Part shown: in pieces, positions 19,466 through 27,970 of the stretch
How the letters are laid out: the number at the start of each line of letters is the position of its first letter
How positions within the stretch are numbered: the first letter of the stretch is position 1
NCBI GenBank assembly: GCA_964433545.1
Contig: CAYSRJ010000014.1
Coordinates: forward strand, 10,611 to 74,610
DNA: 64,000 bases
Direction of reading: 5' to 3'
Source of the DNA: an uncultured Spirochaetota bacterium
GTDB taxonomy: Bacteria; Spirochaetota; B62-G9; DRHN01
The notes under the pieces: model-generated
The model's input: only the letters and a program-made list of their open reading frames with translations
Databases searched by the model: none
Told to the model about the DNA's origin: nothing
Translations under genes and position numbers: made by a program

Positions 19466-20425
19466 ATGAAGGGAAAAATTACACATTTTATAAGAGAGCA
19501 GAAACTTCTTTTTATCACACTTGTGCTGCTCATAATCCTGACGGCAGCTGATCCCAGATTTTTTACAATAAGAAGCCTGTACAGTATTCTTGACCACATC
19601 ACGATAAACGGAATCATGGCGGCTGGAATGACCGTTCTTCTGATCAGCGGGTCCTTTGACCTCTCCGTCGGTTCTGTCATGTCGTTTACCGGCATAGTCA
19701 CAATAATGATGCAGCCTCACGGTATGCTCCTATCGATTCTCAGTGGGCTAATCGTTGGTACATGCGTGGGTGCATTAAACGGCCTTCTTGTAGTAAAGGG
19801 AAGGATCAATGCGTTTATCGTTACGCTCGGCACAATGATTATTTTCAAAGGTCTGGGGCTTGCCGTAACAGGAAGCCACCCGGTGAAAGGCAGTATTGAT
19901 GCATATCAATTTATCGGCCAGGAAAATATCCTTGGTATACCTGCGCCCGTTTTCTACTTGATAATTTCTTATGTGATTGTATGGTATATTTTAAAATACA
20001 CGAAATTTGGAAGAAACGATTATGCGATTGGAGGAAATCCACTTTCATCAAGGCTTGCAGGTATCAACGTAAATCTGTATACCTTTTTTTATTTCGTTCT
20101 GTGTTCTTTTACTGCCGCCGTATCGGGAGTAATTCTCTCTTCCAGAGTCAATACCGGATCGGCTGTATTCGGTGATAATACACCCCTCATCGTGATCGCT
20201 GCTGCGGTGCTTGGCGGTACGAGCCTTTTTGGCGGAAAGGGTAAAGTAATCGGTACCCTCCAGGGTGTATTGATCCTGGGGCTTGTGGAAAGGGCGATGG
20301 TTATCTTTAACGTTTCGACCAACTATCAGCTGCTTTTACGCGGGTTGATAATACTGGCTGTTGTCGTTACTGATGCTCTCACTGTATCAAAGGAAAAAGT
20401 TGCTTTTCGGGCGGGTGAAACCTAG
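19466..20425 (+). CDS. sugar ABC transporter permease (RbsC/AraH family), second paralogue
   Basis: Homologous to the preceding permease. Heterodimeric permease arrangement. Confidence 0.8.
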   Translation: MKGKITHFIREQKLLFITLVLLIILTAADPRFFTIRSLYSILDHITINGIMAAGMTVLLISGSFDLSVGSVMSFTGIVTIMMQPHGMLLSILSGLIVGTCVGALNGLLVVKGRINAFIVTLGTMIIFKGLGLAVTGSHPVKGSIDAYQFIGQENILGIPAPVFYLIISYVIVWYILKYTKFGRNDYAIGGNPLSSRLAGINVNLYTFFYFVLCSFTAAVSGVILSSRVNTGSAVFGDNTPLIVIAAAVLGGTSLFGGKGKVIGTLQGVLILGLVERAMVIFNVSTNYQLLLRGLIILAVVVTDALTVSKEKVAFRAGET

Positions 20426-20554
20426 AATTGTCACCATCAGCATATACCTGTAACTGGAGCCCGAAACCAAGTTTATTTATGAAAGGGGTGATGTTTGCCG
20501 GAACAGATAATCAGAAGTTTTTATTTTATTACAATTCAAATAGGAGGGTTAATT

Positions 20555-21574
20555 ATGAAAAAGCAGGTAAAAATTTTACTGTTTGCTGTGGTGCTCATCA
20601 CATTTGCGTTCAGCGCCTTCATGGTGTATGCCGGAGGGGGTGAAAAAAAGGGGGGTAAGGAGCAGATTACAGTGGGCTTCTCACTGCCCTTCATAGAAGA
20701 CAGCCCCTACTGTTTTCCCTATGCAGAGGAGTTGAAAAAAGAGGCAGCAAAACGCGGCTGGAAACTTATCATGACTGATGCCAGTGGTGATCTGAACAAG
20801 CAGGTGAATCAGGTAGAAGACCTTGTCGCAAAGGGAGTGGACGGGTTGATGATCATGCCTGTTGATGCAGCCGGTATTGTGCCGGTGATCAATGAGGTCT
20901 ACAAAGAAACCAATGGAAAGCTCCCGGTTATTACCTCAAATGTTATGACAGATCCGCCGAAGCTTGACTCGTTAATTGGTTTTGCAGGACCGAACAGCTA
21001 CCTCGAGGGAAGGCTGATGGGCAAGACCTATGTCGAATACCTCGACTCTAAAGGAATCGACAAAATAAACTTCTGCGAATTAACTGGAACGGCAGGATAC
21101 TCCGCGGCAATTGACAGGCAGAAGGGGTTTGCAGACCAGATTAAGGAGATGGGCGCAGAGGATCGTTTCGTCCTGCTCGATCGACAGCCGGGTGACTGGT
21201 CTCCGGATAAGGCCCAGACAATGACAGAGAATTGGCTTACGACCTATGGTGATAAGCTCCAGATGATCTACTCGCATAATGACGGAATGGCGATCGGTAT
21301 CGCCAAAGCTCTTCAGAATGCAGGACTTAAGCCGGGCCAGGTCATTTTCAACGGATGCGACGGTCAGACAGAAGCGGTCAAGAATATAAAAGACGGATGG
21401 CAGTTGTTTACCGTTTTTCAGTCTCCCGCTGTTGATGCGGCAACGAGTATGCAGGTAATGGAGAAGATTCTGGGCGGTGAAAAGGTTGATTACTATACCT
21501 ATATGGATACCCCCATTATCAATGCTGACAATGCTGACAAGTATCTACCCATTGTGGAAGAACTCTGGAAGTAG
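20555..21574 (+). CDS. sugar ABC transporter periplasmic binding protein (RbsB-like, PBP type I)
   Basis: Signal/TM anchor MKKQVKILLFAVVLITFAFSAFMVYA and type-I periplasmic-binding-protein fold segments. RBS TAGGAGGG. Confidence 0.75.
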   Translation: MKKQVKILLFAVVLITFAFSAFMVYAGGGEKKGGKEQITVGFSLPFIEDSPYCFPYAEELKKEAAKRGWKLIMTDASGDLNKQVNQVEDLVAKGVDGLMIMPVDAAGIVPVINEVYKETNGKLPVITSNVMTDPPKLDSLIGFAGPNSYLEGRLMGKTYVEYLDSKGIDKINFCELTGTAGYSAAIDRQKGFADQIKEMGAEDRFVLLDRQPGDWSPDKAQTMTENWLTTYGDKLQMIYSHNDGMAIGIAKALQNAGLKPGQVIFNGCDGQTEAVKNIKDGWQLFTVFQSPAVDAATSMQVMEKILGGEKVDYYTYMDTPIINADNADKYLPIVEELWK

Positions 21575-21675
21575 TGTCGTTTACCTTGATTTGTATAAAG
21601 TATCACTCAAGCGAATGGCCCGATATCCAGAATGGTATGGGGCCATTGTTAAATCAGCTTAATTGGGAGCAGAAG

Positions 21676-23067
21676 ATGTTTTACAAGGAGAAAACAACAA
21701 AAGCAGGACTTATTGTTACCATGTCACCGGATGAGACATGGCCCGAGAGTTTTGTAAGCCGGGTAAAAGGTTATCTCCCGAAGGTGCGAAAATCCCTTGA
21801 AAAGATCGGCATGCAGGTGTTTGATTGTGGAAAAATTGCCCGGACAAACAGGCAGATGGCTCAACAGGGTGAAACATTGAGGCAAAAGGGTGTGCACGTT
21901 CTTGTTATTTATGTCGGAACATGGACGTATTCCAGTACGGCTGTTATGGCTGCATTTAAAACCGATGTGCCGGTTATCGTATGGGCGGATCCGCACATTG
22001 AAACCTTCGGGATCGTCGGCGGTTCGATCGTCCGTGGTGCGCTCGATGAAGTCGGCATAAAGAACTATCTGGTGTACGGCGGCTTTGAAGAACAGAGGGT
22101 TCTCGACAGGATGAAAATACTCTGCAACGGTATCGCCGGAGCGACGAAGCTCCGGGGTATGATATACGGTGAGGGCGGCAGCAGATGCATGGGTATGTAT
22201 ACGGCCCGCATTGACCCGTCGGAATGGATGAGTCGATTCGGTATTGATGTAGACGGCTTCGAGCAGGTCGATGTAATCAAAAGGGCCGAGAGATACGACT
22301 CAAAAGAGGTGGTCACCCTCCTTGATTGGATTAAAAATGATTTTGGCGGAGTAGAGGTGAAGGATGAGGTTATGGCCTCACAGATCAGGATGTACCTGGC
22401 TCTGCGTGAAGTGATACGTGAAAAGGGGTATGATTTTATTTCGGTGAAATGTCTGCCTGAGCTCCCGTCCTGCTATACCACATTCTGCGTTGCGCATGCT
22501 CTCCTCAACGATTCGTCAGATGACGGATTCGATGAAAAAAGCTCGTTTGTCTGTGCCTGCGAGGCTGATGCCAACGGCGCCCTTACCATGCAGATACTGA
22601 ACAACATCACGAACGATACCACGATGTTTACCGATGTTCTGTACTATGATTACGATGAGAATATGGTGAGGATGTGCAATTGCGGGTCACAACCCACAGA
22701 CTTTGCACGATCGAGGAAGGATGTTACCTGGGTTGCTGAGGGGTTGAGGGAATTCAACTGGGTGGTCGGCGGTGCCTGCCCCAGATATGTGGGTAAGCCG
22801 GGAAAGGTGACCATCGCACGGCTCAGCAGGATCAACGGGGAATATGTCATGCTCATTACCGGCGGAGAGGCCCTGGATATGCCTCTTGAAAAGATCAACG
22901 AGACGAACTCACAGCAGCCCCATGTATTTGTTCGGCTTGACTGCAATCAGGAAGGCTTTATTAGTGCTCTCCGGGCGAATCACGTACACGTCGTGTACGG
23001 TGATTACAAAAATGAACTTGAAACAACGTGTGAGGTGCTTGGAATAGAACCGGTGATTCCTGAATAG
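21676..23067 (+). CDS. L-fucose isomerase/L-arabinose isomerase superfamily sugar isomerase (specificity unknown)
   Basis: About 460 aa. The C-terminal half has a CEADANGAL segment resembling the AraA/FucI catalytic-domain Mn-binding region. Start chosen at MFYKEK. Confidence 0.5.
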   Translation: MFYKEKTTKAGLIVTMSPDETWPESFVSRVKGYLPKVRKSLEKIGMQVFDCGKIARTNRQMAQQGETLRQKGVHVLVIYVGTWTYSSTAVMAAFKTDVPVIVWADPHIETFGIVGGSIVRGALDEVGIKNYLVYGGFEEQRVLDRMKILCNGIAGATKLRGMIYGEGGSRCMGMYTARIDPSEWMSRFGIDVDGFEQVDVIKRAERYDSKEVVTLLDWIKNDFGGVEVKDEVMASQIRMYLALREVIREKGYDFISVKCLPELPSCYTTFCVAHALLNDSSDDGFDEKSSFVCACEADANGALTMQILNNITNDTTMFTDVLYYDYDENMVRMCNCGSQPTDFARSRKDVTWVAEGLREFNWVVGGACPRYVGKPGKVTIARLSRINGEYVMLITGGEALDMPLEKINETNSQQPHVFVRLDCNQEGFISALRANHVHVVYGDYKNELETTCEVLGIEPVIPE

Positions 23068-23126
23068 CTGATCATAAGAGGCTGTTTGACATCAGTATTT
23101 AAATCCAATTATACGGGAGGCGTGTA

Positions 23127-24329
23127 ATGAAAAATACAATCGAACTGCTGAAAAATGCCCTTGACAGGGGGAACGGTATTTTACGCCTTTTTCCTAACTG
23201 GGTTCCCAGGGAGTTCTGCATTCCCGGAAGGCGGCTGAAGCTGCATCCGGATGATTATTTCTCGTTCGGCGCGCACAGGGGTGGAATCAGCGAGCGGTGG
23301 TTTGCATCAACCACAAAGGCTGATAACGGGCCTGAAACTCTTGAGGATGAGGGCTTGAGTTACATTTACATTGAGGACGGTTCCAAATCTGAAAAAGTAC
23401 TTTTCAAAGATGCGGTAGAGCTGATTGGGGAGGAAATTCTCGGAAAAGCGGTGATGGAAAAGCACGGCGGCTGGACGATGTATTCGAAATTCTTCGACAA
23501 TATGCAGCCTCTTCCCCATCATCTCCACCAGGATGATGAGAGTGCGGCGAAGGTGGGGCGAAAGGGAAAACCCGAGGGCTACTATTTTCCAAAGCAGCTC
23601 AACAACCATCCGGCCTGGTTCCCCTATACATTTTTCGGTCTCAACCCCGGTACCACGAAAGATCAGGTGCGAAAATGCCTGGAGAACTGGGAAAGGGGAG
23701 ACAACGGAATCCTGTACCTCTCGTGTGCGTATAAGCTGAAGCCGGGTACAGGCTGGGATGTTCCGTCCGGTATTCTTCACGCGCCCGGATCGTTTTTGAC
23801 CTATGAACCGCAGAGAGCTTCCGATGTGTTTGCCATGTTTCAGTCCCTTGTGTGGGAGCAGTATACTCCGTGGGACCTCCTGGTAAAGGATGTGCCGGAG
23901 GAGTACAGGCATGATCTTGACTACATTATAAATATGATAGACTGGGACCTGAATCTCGACCCGGATTTTTACAAAAACCGGTTTTTAGAGCCGAAACCCA
24001 TCAGGCCCGTAGAAGAGATGCGGGAAGAGGGCCATGCGGAATACCACATTGTGTATAACTCTGAGTATTTCAGTGCCAGGGAACTGACGGTTCTGCCTGG
24101 ACGTTCGGTCACAATAAAGGATGATGCCGCGTACGGATTAATTGTCATTCAGGGGCACGGAAAGTTCGGTGTGCTTGATGTGGAAGCACCTGCACTGATC
24201 AGATTCGGCCAGATGACGGGTGATGAGCTTTTCGTCAGCGTGAATGCCGCCCGGGAAGGCATCGCTGTTACAAATGAAAGCAGTACCGACGACCTCGTCA
24301 TGCTCAAGCATTTCGGACCGGGAGTGTAA
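23127..24329 (+). CDS. cupin-fold protein, class I mannose-6-phosphate-isomerase-like (function unknown)
   Basis: 400 aa. His-rich PHHLHQDD segment and SGILHAPGS resemble the Q/H metal-ligand and TPHAYLQG regions of type I PMI. Similarity is weak. Confidence 0.35.
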   Translation: MKNTIELLKNALDRGNGILRLFPNWVPREFCIPGRRLKLHPDDYFSFGAHRGGISERWFASTTKADNGPETLEDEGLSYIYIEDGSKSEKVLFKDAVELIGEEILGKAVMEKHGGWTMYSKFFDNMQPLPHHLHQDDESAAKVGRKGKPEGYYFPKQLNNHPAWFPYTFFGLNPGTTKDQVRKCLENWERGDNGILYLSCAYKLKPGTGWDVPSGILHAPGSFLTYEPQRASDVFAMFQSLVWEQYTPWDLLVKDVPEEYRHDLDYIINMIDWDLNLDPDFYKNRFLEPKPIRPVEEMREEGHAEYHIVYNSEYFSARELTVLPGRSVTIKDDAAYGLIVIQGHGKFGVLDVEAPALIRFGQMTGDELFVSVNAAREGIAVTNESSTDDLVMLKHFGPGV

Positions 24330-24793
24330 TAAGAGACTGAAACTGTTACTGGTAGTATAGGATTTAACGGTATATTTTACACATTATGAAAACAGGGTAT
24401 TTTTTATCATTTTTGATCCTTACCCTGACTGCAGTTCCGTGCGGTTATGTGGAAGAGATAGATTTTATATAACCGCCGGGTTCAACGGGTACGGCCCTCT
24501 TTTGAATAATTTCGATGTAGTGTCGGACCTGTATATAGAGGAGAGAAGCTCAGGTGCCGGGGTCAGTGCGGTATCAGATAAGCAACGACGGAACAACCTG
24601 GCACTGGTGGAACGGGAGCACATGGACCAATGCTGCCTCTTCTGCAGAGGCAAATACGGCGTCTGAAGTCAATGCCCGGATTTCACGGTTCGCGACCGAT
24701 GTTGGAACCGGCTCCTTTTGCCTCAGGGCGTTTCTTGTTTCCGACCGGACACAGCAGGTGCGGCTCGATGCAGTTGCCATTGACTACCGATGA

Positions 24794-25246
24794 TTACACC
24801 CACTTGTTGAAGTTTTTAATGGTAACGAGGCTTTCGGTCGATGCAACCGTTCCGATTGTTGATAATTCATTGGTGAGAAAGTTTATAAGGTTATGCGGCT
24901 CGATGAAGAGTTCGACTATCAGGTCGAATCTTCCTGTGATCATCGAGACAGACCGTACATTGGGGAGATCTGATACTCTCTGCGCGGTTTCTTTCCACTT
25001 TTTATTCATCTGCAGCGTGACCAGGATATAGATGAGCTGTTTTTCCGTACCCTCGTCCGGATTGATGAGTCCTTTCACTTTCAGGAGGTTGTTCACGGTG
25101 AGTTTCTTTATGCGGTTTCGGACCGTGCCTTCCGAAATGGAAAGTCTGGCCGCTATCTCGTTGTTGGGTATACGCCCGTTTTGGGAGAGTATATCAACAA
25201 TTTCGAGGTCTATGGCATCTATTTTGATCATTCCATACTGTATCAT
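24794..25246 (-). CDS. Lrp/AsnC family transcriptional regulator
   Basis: HTH IDLEIVDILSQNGRIPNNEIAARLSISEGTVRNRIKKL plus a C-terminal RAM domain. Confidence 0.8.
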   Translation of the reverse strand: MIQYGMIKIDAIDLEIVDILSQNGRIPNNEIAARLSISEGTVRNRIKKLTVNNLLKVKGLINPDEGTEKQLIYILVTLQMNKKWKETAQRVSDLPNVRSVSMITGRFDLIVELFIEPHNLINFLTNELSTIGTVASTESLVTIKNFNKWV

Positions 25247-25474
25247 TTATTGCTGCTGTTGTCAATCCAGTGCCGCAGTGATTTCCGGCTCGATAAAAAT
25301 ATACTGTGCAAGGTGATTGAAAAGTAGTATGTTTGGGAGGAATTACAGACAATCCGGGTTTTTGTTTCACCGTATGGCGTTGATTTCAATAGTGAAGAGC
25401 GTTATGAATGAAATAAATATCTGCGGGACATAGTTCCCCCCCTTATTAAATAAATCAGGAAAAAATATCCGAAC

Positions 25475-25609
25475 CTTACGAACAGAGAGCTCGAAGTCGC
25501 CTCACTGATTACCGAGGGAAATACGAGTAAGGAGATTGTGGATATCCTCTGCATAACACAAAAGGCGGTTGAGTTTTACAGGATGAACCTGAGAAAAAAA
25601 CTCAATCTC
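25475..25609 (+). pseudogene. orphan LuxR/FixJ-type C-terminal HTH fragment, in frame with and immediately upstream of the OYE-like gene
   Basis: Translation LTNRELEVASLITEGNTSKEIVDILCITQKAVEFYRMNLRKKLNL matches the LuxR-type HTH. No receiver or N-terminal domain, and no ATG between the upstream stop at 25451 and the HTH. Confidence 0.4.
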
Positions 25610-25711
25610 GGCCGCCGCGAAATGAATCTCAGGATGTGTCTGCTGTGTATACCTGTTCAATCAGAACGGGGTGAATTCCAACAGGATGTTTTACAACAGG
25701 AGGTTTTATTT

Positions 25712-26953
25712 ATGGAAGAAAACGATATTCTCTTTACACCGATCAAAATCGGAAGCAGGCAGGTGGAAAATCGTTTTGCAATCAACGCCATGGAATGCTG
25801 CGACTCGGACGAGGAGGGAAACCCAACGGACAAGACGTATCGGCGGTACGAGCGTCATTTCAGAGGGGAATCCGGGGTTATCGTGCTCGAAGCAATCACC
25901 GTTACCTACGAAAGCAGGGGACGACTCATGGAGCTCAGTGTTATGCCCCGGAACCGGAAAGCGCTGACTAAATTCGTGTCGGAAATGAAAAAGGTGAACG
26001 ACAAACCTCTCTTCTTCTGGCAACTTACCCACTCAGGCGAGTTGAGTCACCCGGATTTTTCCCGTCGGGTGTGTGTTAAACCGCTTCCCGGGTTCGGGGG
26101 AGACCTGCTCACCGAGGAAGATATCGGGAAGATCATGGACCAGTTCGTGCTTTCTGCCAAAATCGCCCACGACTGCGGCGCGGACGGCATAGATTTCAAA
26201 CTCTGCCACGGGTACCTGGGTTCACAGCTCCTCAGGCCCTACAATGACAGAAAATGGAAGTACGGCGGTTCATGGGAAAACCGAACGCGATTTGCCTATG
26301 AAACATACGAGAGAATCATAAGAGAGGTGAACGATCCGGATTTCATCGTCGGATCCAAGGTTTCGATATGGGAGGGTTTTCCGGGCGGCCAGGGCAGCGC
26401 CGGTCCGGATACGGCGATAATCGACCTTACAGAATCTTTAAATCTCGTGAAGGGTATCGAGGAGCGGGGCGCCCGATTCATCCTCGTTTCTGCAGGCTCC
26501 CCGTCGATTACCCTTGCACTTTCACAGCCTGATAAAAGCATACCGGACGATGTGTATCTTCACCATACCTTCCAGAAGGCGGTCAGCGATGTGGTCAAAC
26601 CTGAGACCGTCGTTATCGGCTCCGCCTACTCGGTGCTGCGGAACGGAAAGAACAAGCTCCTTGCGGTAAAGGAAGAGGAGGCGTCTGCACTGTACTGGGC
26701 GCGAAAGAACATCAAGGACGGGGTATGCGATATGATAGCCTTCGGACGCCAGTCGCTTGCGGACAGCCTTATTCCACTGAAGCTGAAAGAGGGGCGGGAA
26801 GATGAGATCAAGTGGTGCACGGCATGCGATAACTGCATAGAATTTTTGATCCGGCAGAAGAATGTCGGGTGCGCAACCTACGACAGGGAGTATACCGAGT
26901 CTTTGAAGAGAATCAGGGAAGAAGAGGGCTCCTTGAGGGCCAAGCATACCTGA
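25712..26953 (+). CDS. Old Yellow Enzyme-family FMN oxidoreductase with C-terminal 4Fe-4S cysteine motif (2,4-dienoyl-CoA reductase N-domain-like)
   Basis: HG(A)HGY-like CHGYLGSQLLRP, and C-x2-C-x2-C-x11-C (CTACDNCIEFLIRQKNVGC). ATG at 25712 preceded by AGGAGG. The ORF track extends it upstream through the LuxR fragment. Confidence 0.6.
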   Translation: MEENDILFTPIKIGSRQVENRFAINAMECCDSDEEGNPTDKTYRRYERHFRGESGVIVLEAITVTYESRGRLMELSVMPRNRKALTKFVSEMKKVNDKPLFFWQLTHSGELSHPDFSRRVCVKPLPGFGGDLLTEEDIGKIMDQFVLSAKIAHDCGADGIDFKLCHGYLGSQLLRPYNDRKWKYGGSWENRTRFAYETYERIIREVNDPDFIVGSKVSIWEGFPGGQGSAGPDTAIIDLTESLNLVKGIEERGARFILVSAGSPSITLALSQPDKSIPDDVYLHHTFQKAVSDVVKPETVVIGSAYSVLRNGKNKLLAVKEEEASALYWARKNIKDGVCDMIAFGRQSLADSLIPLKLKEGREDEIKWCTACDNCIEFLIRQKNVGCATYDREYTESLKRIREEEGSLRAKHT

Positions 26954-27127
26954 GCCGAATCGATCTCGAACAATGTAGTTCGGTACGACGGAATATATTC
27001 CGTCAGCCTCCGTCGGCAGATGCGCTGTTGTTCGGTATGGTATCCGGAAGCAAGCGTCCGGATAACGTGCCGGAGTCAGATGCGGTTTATTATACAGGCG
27101 ACAGATCCTGGAAAAACGCTAAACAGT

Positions 27128-27649
27128 TTATACATCGATATCCACATCGATTTCAAGGCCGATACGGTCGAGGTCTTTTTTCATCCTTTCGAGGGAGACA
27201 TCCCCGGGAACCTGTATCTCGATATCCAGGGAGTAACGTACCGTTCCGCTCTCAGGCGAGGTGATGCGCCGGGATGTCAGGTTGGCGATATTCACCTTCA
27301 TCGATGAAAGGTAATCGCTTATCCGATACACGATACCGGTATGGTCGACCCCTTCGACATGTACACGCCGGGGGATAAACGGCTCCACTATCCACCCGCC
27401 TGATCTGTTTGCCGGACGGAAAAAGGCAGAAATTCCCCGCTGTTTCTCGAGCCGCCTGCATGCTTTTGCAAGGTCATCCTCGATATCCTCACGAATCGAG
27501 AAGAGGAGGATGATTGCGAATTCATCGGCAAGCCGGGTCATGGTGGAATCTTCGAGATTTCCCCCGATTTCGAATATAAGCCCGGCAACATCCGCAACGA
27601 CGCCAGGACGGTCTTTTCCGAATGCAGTTAGTACGTAATGCTTTTCCAT
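27128..27649 (-). CDS. gcvR: glycine cleavage system transcriptional regulator GcvR-like (tandem ACT domains)
   Basis: HYVLTAFGKDRPGVVADV aligns to E. coli GcvR HYLVITALGADRPGIV. Two ACT-like halves. Second ATG chosen because it follows GGGAGTGA. Confidence 0.6.
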   Translation of the reverse strand: MEKHYVLTAFGKDRPGVVADVAGLIFEIGGNLEDSTMTRLADEFAIILLFSIREDIEDDLAKACRRLEKQRGISAFFRPANRSGGWIVEPFIPRRVHVEGVDHTGIVYRISDYLSSMKVNIANLTSRRITSPESGTVRYSLDIEIQVPGDVSLERMKKDLDRIGLEIDVDIDV

Positions 27650-27924
27650 GTGTTTCACTCCCATTTCATATCACCGATTGATTACGTGTACAAAGACCTT
27701 TAATCCATGATAAATCAGGTGATTCCCTGTTTTTGCATCATTAATTATTGCATAAAAAACACAGCTTATCCAGTTCTTCTTCGTCTATGTGAACTTGATC
27801 ACGCCTGTAACGGCACTGTTATTAAACAAAGGTCTCGCTATTGATTATTTTCGTATTAATATAGCTCATATTACATATTATATGTAATTTTTTATAAATA
27901 AATTGTGTTATCTGTATTTATCAC

Positions 27925-27953
27925 TTGACAGAAAAGGTGGTACGGAGTATACT
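27925..27953 (+). promoter_or_regulatory. sigma70-like promoter TTGACA-17-TATACT for the SHMT-GcvT gene
   Basis: Perfect -35 and near-consensus -10 about 18 nt upstream of RBS GAAGGAG and the ATG at 27971. The leader is too short for a riboswitch. Confidence 0.4.
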
Positions 27954-27970
27954 GGCTGAAGGAGTGTACC

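Noticed and set aside
27665-27970. Looked for a tandem glycine riboswitch upstream of the SHMT-GcvT gene
   Set aside because: The region is AT-rich and holds a consensus promoter only about 18 nt from the RBS. The conserved GGAGAG/CACCG-type glycine-aptamer elements are not visible and the leader is too short.
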